Source of the DNA: Camelus dromedarius
Lineage: Eukaryota
Reading direction: 5' to 3'
DNA length: 64,000 nucleotides
NCBI RefSeq assembly: GCF_036321535.1
Contig: NC_087436.1
Coordinates: 31,746,001 to 31,810,000, forward strand
Shown here: piece by piece, positions 55,760 to 64,000 of the stretch
How positions within the stretch are numbered: the first letter of the stretch is position 1
How the letters are laid out: the number at the start of each line of letters is the position of its first letter
The notes under the pieces: model-generated
What the model was told of the DNA's origin: nothing
Database searches by the model: none
The model's input: the letters and a program-made list of their open reading frames with translations, nothing else
Made by a program: the position numbers and the translations under genes

Positions 55760-58700
55760 AAGTAAATAAATAAACTTACTTCTACTGTCCTCAATCACCT
55801 TATTATGTCATAACTCCACCCAAGAAATCAAAAGCATAAAGTAAATATTGGACTGGTTTTAAAGTATTCATGAAAAGTTAGGTCCTTGCGAAGGGGAAGA
55901 CGTAGGGGTTCCCTGAACATCTGCTAAGTGCACATCATATACTACTGGTCTAGCATTAACAAAGGACTCAAAAATGGAAATATCCCATCTCTTGCCCAGC
56001 TACTAAGCTTTCCATTCCATTTCTGGCAATCTATTTTTGTTGCATTCAGGAGAGGAAAGACATCCTCAATAATTATTCAAGGACCAGGCTAGATAAGGCT
56101 AGGCCACAAGAACACTGCCAAGAGTCAGGATCAGTATCCTCTCAAGCTAGATTTTCTCTCTGTTCCATGACACTCAATCCGAGCTAAACTTAAAAGACAA
56201 GATGCCACTTCAACTCAAAGGTAAAAAGGCCTCCATGGCCACTCTTGCATTATTAGGAATGCAGAGTTAACTTACTCCATCAGAGCCCACCAACTGTGAA
56301 AACATCAAAATATATATCCCTCATGATCAAAGAGTAATATTTTTGTGTAAGTACACCAGGCAAATGGCAAGACTCTTTCAGTTAAGTCTCAACTTTCTGA
56401 AATAACATACACTGCAAATAACACATTAATTGTCCAAATTTTAAATACAAGATAACATAAAGTGCTGCAAAATCTTGAAAATGGAGAAAATACACTGAAC
56501 ACTAAAATTTAAGGTAACGACTTAACTATCTCAGGAACTAAAATACTTTTCCAATTAAGGTTCCTGATACCATCTAAGAAACTAACAACTCCAAGTAAAG
56601 ACAGCCTTTATTTAAAATAAAAATATATATATACACATATATATATACATATATAGTTGAATATGGTGACAGTATTCTAAGTTTTACAGGCTTGAACAGG
56701 AAGGTGAGGAAAGAAGTTTAAACTATAACTCAATTAAAAAAATTTTTTTTTAAGTTTAACACTGGTATAACTCCCACTGTTTGAACAACCAAGCCAAACT
56801 TTTTAATGTCAATCCAAATAAAAAGCATGATATTGGCTAAGATGTCATATTTTCCTCCAGAGGATATCTATTTTATTAACCATGTGGGAAAACTGGGCTT
56901 ATAATGCAAATTCTGATGGACCATTAACTGTTAACAGTCTAACAGATGCCCCATAATCCTAAACGAGGAGAGCTTCACCAACAGGGAAGCAAGGAAGCAG
57001 GCAGTATTGTGAGTCATATGCCACCTCCTCACTCCTGACAAACCCTAAAGATACAGGATATGGTCAGTGTTTGGTATCTTGATGTTTGCTCTTCCAGCCA
57101 CCTCAGTACTGAAACACAAACAGAGTTGATAACTCTTTCCAGCAAGTCTGTGGATACATTCCTCAAGCAAATTTCTTTAAAGTAGTTTTCAAACAGATAA
57201 TCTACAAATCAATTTCCAAATTACAATTAAAAAGTTGGAATCAAAATAGGATTTTAAAGTCCAATCATGATTAATTCCAAAGGCACGCCTCCTCAATGTC
57301 AGTTCTATCAAAAAGTCACTACAGATTAAAACCTTACAGGAAACAACCAGATGCAATAAACGATCCTTGACTGGACACTGTTTCAGACAAAGCTGCTGTT
57401 GTATTTTGGGGCCAAGAGGAAACCTGATTATGTCCCAATAATAGATGAAATGAAAACTAGCTAACAGGAAAAGAAAATCTCCTTACACAACTGTATATAC
57501 AGTATGATCTCATTTTGATTAAAACATACATACATACACACAATTACCTGCAAAACAATACAATGATGATTTGTAGGTGGTAGAAATGTGTTATATTTGC
57601 TCCTCTGTAATTTCTAATTTTCAACAATGTACATGTAACACCACTTCTGTAATAATACTTTAAGCCACTAAGGGCTCCTTAAAGTCAAAAATCAGTTATT
57701 TATGAAGGTGAGACACAAGGACATCTGCTTTTATTCTCAGCAAGTTAATTCTTCTTCCCAAAGTCTCTCAGCTAAGCAATGGTTTGTTTCTACAATATAA
57801 CATTTCTTTAAACTCCAAAAAGTTTTTTCTCCCTGGTCTCACTCTCAGGCAGACCTCTTTTCTCACTATCTTCCCTTTATACTACTCTTTCAGCCTTGGT
57901 AACTAATATAAAACTAAAACACTCATCTATAGGTTGAAAACCTGTCAAGTGAGGGAGGAGGAACTAATAAGTGAGGGTGGGGGATCTTTTTAAATGAACA
58001 TTTAAAATCTGCGGCATCCCACTCAACTTTTCTTGTTAGAAAGCAGCCTATGACCTTAAAATGGAATCAAGTTCAAGTACTACTGCATGTTCAAGCAACT
58101 CCCTTTATCTCTGGCTGGTGTTTGGAGGAAGGCAGATATGTGACACTTAAATGGCTAAAAAGTCGTAATGAAATATGCCAGGTCAGATACATACATAAAA
58201 ATACACAAACTTAGGGAAGAAGGCAAAATAACCAAACAATTAAAAAGTCATCGGATTTAAAAGTGACATTAGAAGAGACTGAAACCTTTGGGACAAAAAG
58301 GCATTAGGAATTCTGGGTTGCGGGTACTTGCTACAAAGTGTCATCCACAGAACATCCTATGCATCTCTCCAATGTGTGCTGCCCAGTCTACTACAACATA
58401 TTATTGTATCAAAAGTGTTGTCAGTGTAAACAGGGTTACACTGAACACTTCTTTTCTCCACCTATAAATGATTAAATCTTGATTAGCTGTGATTTGATCA
58501 AATACAACTTACTATAGTAATTCTCTAACCATTAGTGGATCACTACCTAAATCAGCTTCCAGGGAAATCATGTATCTTAAAACTAGTTCATTAACTTTGA
58601 AAGGTATTAGCCTTGAGCTACAAGTAACTAGAGAGCTAGCTTTTCACAGTGGGTTTTCTAAAAAGGAAAAATAGTTCACCTAATAAAAACCTTTGGGAAA

Positions 58701-58829
58701 GAAGCCCCTAAGCATTCTCTTTAATGGAAACTTCAGATTCTTTCAATCCCCAAAAATGTAGCCGTTTTAAGTCATTCAACTGCAGCTATCATTTTACAAA
58801 AAGAAAATTTAAATTCCCCCTTGGCTGTG

Positions 58830-60650
58830 GTAAACACAGAGCGACAGACCCTCGCCCCCGCCGTGGCGAGGTGGGGCGCCTGCCTCCTCGTTATTAGAAA
58901 GCCAGTCAAAGCTGCTTTTAAACGGTCTCCGGGTGACGACGCATTCCTAACGGGTTTCGAAGGCACGTTTAAATCGCCCGCTTTTTTGTTTGCTCGCTTC
59001 ATTCACCGGGCGCCGGGACTGCGGCCGCCCCCGCGAGGGGGAGCCCGGGGTGGGAAAGCCCGGAGAGGGGGGGAAGGCTGGGGAGGGGAGGGACAGCTGG
59101 GGAGGGGGGGAACCTGGGGCGCCGAGAGCCAGGGCGGAGGACCCAGGGACGCGAAGCCAATGTGGAAGCGGGGAGAGTGCGGGTGGGCTGGAGACAGAAA
59201 ACTGAGGACCCCAGGAAGGGGGGGATCCTGGGGAGGGGCGAGCTGGGCCGCCGCCCTGCACCGAAGAACGCACCGCGCGGCTCCCGCCGCCGCCCGCCGG
59301 GGTTTGCGCAGGGCCCGGCTCAGCGCGGCGGCGCCGCCCCCCTCCTCCCTCCCTCCTTCTCCTCCCAAGGCGACAGAAACAACAGCGCGGGAGGAGGGGA
59401 AAGTAACTCCCGGCACCTCCGCCGGAATTAGCCCCGATGCAGTGATGACACCTTCTCGTGGCGCAACCAAGCCCCGCTTTCTCCGCAGCGGCGTCCCCGC
59501 CGCCGCCCTCTCCATTTGAAAGTGGCCACCCCCCCACCCCCGCGGCCGCCACCGCCGCTCCTCCCGCCCCGCCGCCGCCAGCTGCACCAATCCGCTCGGC
59601 CCCAATTGCAAATCAAATGCTCCCTCGCGTCCAGAAGCCACTGGAGCCGCTGGAAAACGCCGCGCCGTCCCCCTCCCCTAGTCCCTCCCGGGCGGCACCT
59701 AAGGGCTGGGGCGGGTGCGCCGGCGAGAAACGGTTGTGCTATGGGAGCAGCGGCGACGGCGGCGAGCAGCCCCGAGCGGGCTCGGCTCCCGCTCCCGCCC
59801 CCAGACAGTTCTGGAAACTGTGTATCACCTCTGTCACAGGAAGCCATCCGGCGAGGAAGGCGGCGCGGAACCAACAAACAAACGCCTGCGCCTGCCCGCC
59901 AGAATCACCACGGGGATGGCGACCGGCTTCGGGCCGTTCCCTGGGCGGGGGCGCGGTGGCCGCCCCCGCGCCGCGGGCTTTGTGCGGGGTTCCCGCGGCG
60001 CGGGCGCGGTGGGCTGGCGTCCCCGCCCCCGAAGACCCCCACCCCGGGCCCCGGCGGCGCTGCTGGGACCGTTAAGTGAAGCTCCCGCCGCGGCGGAGAA
60101 AGCGCCTCAGCCGCCGCCCGCCCCCATTTCCACATGGAGCCGCCTCTCCTCCAACGCCAGAGGCGGGCCACAAAAGTTGGCCCCGGGGCCACCCAGCACC
60201 TGCCCACGTGCCGCGAAGCTTCGCTCCCGGGTCTCCCCCGTCCCTTCCGCCCCGCCGCCCTCGGCCGCCAGGTCACCTATTACCGGTGGGAGGGGAGAGA
60301 GGCTGCTATTTAAACGCCCGCGGAAGTTGAGGCACCCCCACTGGCGGGTGCCGTGCACCTGCCTCCCGCCGCCGCGCTCCGCCACTTTGAGCAGCAGCGG
60401 CGTCCTCGGCCCCGCCTCCAACCCGCAGGCGGGCGGGGGAGAGCGGGAAGGAGGTGGAGGGGATCGAATTTCTCCAGCAAATGGGACCGTTCCGACAGGA
60501 TTCGGTTCCCCGGTCAACATTCCACATTCCATCCCTCTCCCGCATTTGCAAGCCAGCGCCAACAACCCGGAAAGCCTGCTGGCTACCGAACAACAGCTCC
60601 CAACTCACAAATACACACTCACAGGCACAAGACACGTGCACTGAAGGGCT
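58830..60650. promoter_or_regulatory. CpG island, probable alternative JADE1 promoter(s)
   Basis: About 1.8 kb of GC/CpG-rich sequence with CCAAT (59587), GC boxes and several donor-like sites on the minus strand. Confidence 0.88.
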
Positions 60651-61381
60651 TTGCAACTTGCAGTCCCGGGGTGCACACTGCACGTTCATTTCAGGCAGTG
60701 AAGACCAAGCGACACCCCCACAATTTGCAGACGGTGCCAAAGGTTGCAATTTGCAATCCGTTTTAAGTTCATGGTTAATCGGTACTTTGCTCTACCAATG
60801 CAACTCCCTCCTTATTTCACCGATGAAGGGCTTTTCACTTCACAGGTGGTCCCACTGTAAGTAAAAGGTCTGATCATTGGAAATCCAATTTGGAAGAATC
60901 TAATTGCTAAGCTGTCCCTCACCCCCCACCCCCGCTCACTGCCCTTGAATTGATGTAATGAATATTTTGGACATGTGGTGACGCGGTGACAAGAGCCAGG
61001 GCTGCGGCCACCTTATACAGATATACCTATACACACACACCTATGCTTGGACAAATACAGTCGTCGTCCCTCTCCCCTTCCCCCCGCACCACCACGGTCA
61101 CACACACTCTGGATTCATATATGTACGTGGACCTGCGTTCTGCCATTGCCATCTGTCTACCAAGTTGCTACTATGCTTTCCACTTTCATGCAACCTAATA
61201 ATACACTTTGGCTTTTCTAAAAATGCTATAAACTAAAGCAACTAAACTGGGCTTCTGCTCCTGAATACGTTTAATTTTATGATTCGTCTGAAAATCGCAT
61301 GTTCTTCGCAAAACCAGAAGAAAAAGCTCTAAGTCTTCACCCCCCCAAAAAAAATTGAAATATAATCATAATAAAACTTAC

Positions 61382-61520
61382 TGACCCAACATAGATCAAT
61401 TCTCAGGATCCAAAAATCATCCTCTCCTCCTCCTTTGGCCCCCGCCCCAGCAATGCCCAAGTTACTGGTGGGATAGTAACGCTGCGCTTGGCGGCTGCCT
61501 GCCCTCCCTCCTCGCTACAT
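61382..61520 (-). other. Candidate alternative first exon 1b; 5' end approximate
   Basis: Consensus donor TCA|gtaagt at 61381, downstream of a YY1/CRE-like motif cluster at 61543-61646. Confidence 0.45.
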
Positions 61521-62200
61521 ATCGAGAACCCAATCTTTTGGCGCCATATTAATGACGTACTATATTATTTCCACTAGGCAGCGACCTTCGGCATTAAATT
61601 ACTCCCGAGAACTCCCGAGCAAAGCAACAAAACCATCAAATATGGCTGAGCCTCTCGGCTCGTCCTGCAGCCGCCACCGCCGCCGCGGAATCCGACGCGC
61701 ACACGGACCCACACGCGGACACGCGCGGACTCTCGCGCGGAGCGCCCTCCCCGCGCGCCCCCCGCGGCCCGCGCGCGTACCTGCTGCGGAGGGGTTCGGC
61801 CGCGGCGCTGGGCTCCTCGCTGCTTGCTCCGCGCAGCATGAGTTCGGGCCGCGGCGGGCGAGCGGACGGACGGGCTGGCGGGCGGAGAGCCGGGCGGAGA
61901 GCCGGGCGGGCCCCTGCTCTCGCCGGCGCGCACACACCCGGCGCTCGCGCAGGGAGGCACTCTCAGACGGGCGTTTGACTTGTTATGGAGGAAGGACTGT
62001 GTGAATCAAACTCATTTCTGGGTCACTGCTGCCACAGGGGGGAGCACTTTAATCCCTTGCCAAAACGAGAGGGTGGGGACAGGAGGGAGGAGGGTGTGCG
62101 CGGGGAGTCTGCGGCGCGGGGGGCTCCGTCCCTCGTTAACTCTTCGCGGCCCTTGCCGCAGCCGGCCCGGCCTGCATCCGCGGGGGCTCGAAAGGAGACG
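61480..62200. promoter_or_regulatory. CpG island, distal JADE1 promoter
   Basis: Very high GC and CpG density; three GGGCGG boxes at 61880, 61892 and 61904. Confidence 0.88.
61781..61930 (-). other. JADE1: Candidate first (5' UTR) exon 1a of JADE1; 5' end approximate
   Basis: CAG|gtacgc donor at 61780 inside the CpG island. The junction ...CCCTCCGCAGCAG|GCTGCCTGC resembles the human mRNA 5' UTR as I recall it. Confidence 0.75.
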
Positions 62201-63339
62201 CACTGTTCAGCTTTTTAAATCTCTTCCTTCTCTTCCCTTGTGAGCCTAGAAATTCTTGAGGTGTCTCCGAGCAGAGTGGTGGGCTTTTAAATTATTCCTT
62301 TCAAACTGTCCCAGTTCCAACTCTTGTTTGACTTCACTGCACCTAGAAATGGATTCTTTCAAGTTAATTTAAAATTATGTAGATTAAAAAATGTGGCTTT
62401 TAAGGAGTGTAGTCTGGGTGAGAGGTTTTATTTTTAGGCTGAATGGCAAAATAAATAGTTCTTTCGTAGTAAGCTATAGGGAGTTGCGAATTAGAATGAC
62501 ATTTAAATACAGAGAACCCAGTTTTGGAGCCGAAACATATCTTTACCTAAGTTTGTATTGAAATGATCATGGCAAATGAACATTAATTCATTAGGAGACA
62601 GTAATTATTTATAAATTGACACCACCTTTTTGTTACACAGTATTACAGAATTAGGTATTGCCTTCCAAATATGAGAATTGAGCCTAATGCTAAAACTGGG
62701 GTTGCAGACTAATATAAAATTAGTCATCAGAAATTAATTTGGGGGTTTTTTATGTGTAAAAATGAGTGGTTACTGATTTTCCAAGGAATACAACCTTGTA
62801 CTGTGGGGGTTAACATAACTTCTTTCATGGACCCCCCGCTAAAGAAATGAGTATGTGACATTCAGCTTCAACAGGGAAAAGACCAGGGTACAGATTAAAA
62901 CTCCCATTCAGTAAACAGGAACAGTGATCACTACAAAACTGAATATCAAACCAAAAGGCATACTTATCCACTGGAAGAAATCTTCTGACTGTATCAGGTT
63001 CAGTTTCACACAGTCACACACACCAACCCATCCATCCACATCAAGAACAAAATAATCTGATAAATGCTGCAAAACTGAGTCTTTCAATTATGTTTCAGAA
63101 AACAAAGTAAACCAAAGGAAATCGTAAGTATATGTCCTCTTTCTTCCTTGCTTGTTTCACTAATGAAAAGTACAGATACTCTATCAGTCCTGTTCATGTG
63201 CTCACTTAATCCTGTTCAAAGAGATCACATATGTAAGGCACTATGCTAACTATCATTATTACTGCTATGGGTATTACACTGCAGTTATTATTTTCACTAT
63301 TTCACCTTATACATACTCTATTGTTGAAGTAAGAGGACA

Positions 63340-63560
63340 CAGGTTTCCTAGCCAGACAGACTTTGCATTGGATCTGGTTCTACAGGTTATCAGCTGTGTG
63401 GCTGTGGAATAAATTACAAAACTTCTCTGAGCCTCAGTGTTCTCATGAGTACTGAAAAGAGGTTAGCAACCCCTACCTAAAAAGTTAAGAGGAATGAGAT
63501 AACTCCATAAAAGTGCCCAGCAGCGGCCCTGGCAGTAGGAGGGCTATCCCTCCCATATCT
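63340..63560 (+). mobile_element. MIR SINE
   Basis: agctgtgtggct...acttctctgagcctcagtgttctcat...aaagtgcccagcagcggccctggc. Confidence 0.7.
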
Positions 63561-63823
63561 CTTTCTTGGCCTTCTCTCTGTGGAAAATTGCAATTTTTTC
63601 ACATTCCTGCCAACTTTACTTCACTCATTCCCCCGCAAAAAAAAAAAAAAAAAATTAAATCGTGTTTGCCACTTAGCTTTAGTTGTTTGTTTGTTTTCTA
63701 TCCCCACTCCCCAAACATCAGACAACAAAATCAAAGTATACTGAATCAATGGATGAGAAAAATAAAGAGGTAAAATGGCACACAAACTCCCAACACTGAT
63801 ACACTGATCAAGACTGATGGTTC

Positions 63824-63986
63824 CAGAAATATATACAAGATCTTATGGTAGCTCACAGCGAAAAAAAAATGTGACAATGAATATATGTATGTTCATGTAT
63901 AACTGAAAAGTTGTGCCCTACACTGGAATTTGACACAACATTGTAAAATGACTATAACACAATAAAAAAAGTTTAAAAAAAAAAAA
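63824..63986 (+). mobile_element. Short, relatively young LINE-1 3' end with poly(A) and TSD
   Basis: L1 3' terminal motifs (ttgacacaacattgtaaaatgactataacacaataaa) and poly(A); TSD aagactgatggttc (63810-63823) / aaggctgatgtttc (63987-64000), 12/14 identical. Confidence 0.85.
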
Positions 63987-64000
63987 AAGGCTGATGTTTC

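Larger units (their letters stand above)
6275..61930 (-). other. JADE1: JADE1 (PHF17) gene span; ends approximate
   Basis: Ten spliced coding exons translate to the recognisable JADE1 protein (MKRGRLPSSSEDSDDNG...[13 protein letters not shown]). The 5' end lies in a CpG island and the 3' end near AATAAA at 6296-6301. Confidence 0.97.

Noticed and set aside
58821..60864. Many overlapping long ORFs (up to 309 aa) on both strands
   Set aside because: Expected artefact of a CpG island, where stops are rare. The products are low-complexity Pro/Arg/Gly/Ala with no recognisable domain.
61552..62243. Overlapping ORFs in the distal CpG island
   Set aside because: Same GC-content artefact. Only the spliced uORF from 61839 was kept as a finding.
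1..64000. CRISPR arrays, operons, tRNA/rRNA genes, prokaryotic defence systems
   Set aside because: The sequence is spliced mammalian DNA. I saw no repeat-spacer array or structured RNA gene.

Overview
This is mammalian genomic DNA with no prokaryotic features. It contains essentially the whole JADE1 (PHF17) gene on the minus strand. JADE1 is the PHD-zinc knuckle-PHD (PZP) scaffold subunit of the HBO1/KAT7 acetyltransferase complex. I traced ten coding exons by hand (45253 to 9179), all with GT-AG junctions and consistent phases. They sum to 2529 nt, giving the 842-aa long isoform. Reading through the donor at 18827 gives the 509-aa short isoform ending VMIDTDTL, with its own intronic poly(A) signal. 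Two CpG islands (about 58.8-60.65 kb and 61.5-62.2 kb) hold several candidate first exons. The rest is intron, UTR and flank with L1, L2, MIR, MaLR/ERV LTR and hAT MITE fragments. The L1 3' ends look camelid-like to me, but this is from memory and tentative. I found no convincing new biological system. The most interesting items are four: (1) alternative first exons that would give either an overlapping out-of-frame uORF or in-frame N-terminal extensions; (2) a GC-rich, stop-poor island in the 3' UTR with a strong-Kozak 38-aa ORF; (3) an LTR-like 3' end apparently retroposed by L1 machinery; (4) a twin-primed inverted L1. Repeat family names come from recalled consensus sequences and need RepeatMasker confirmation.
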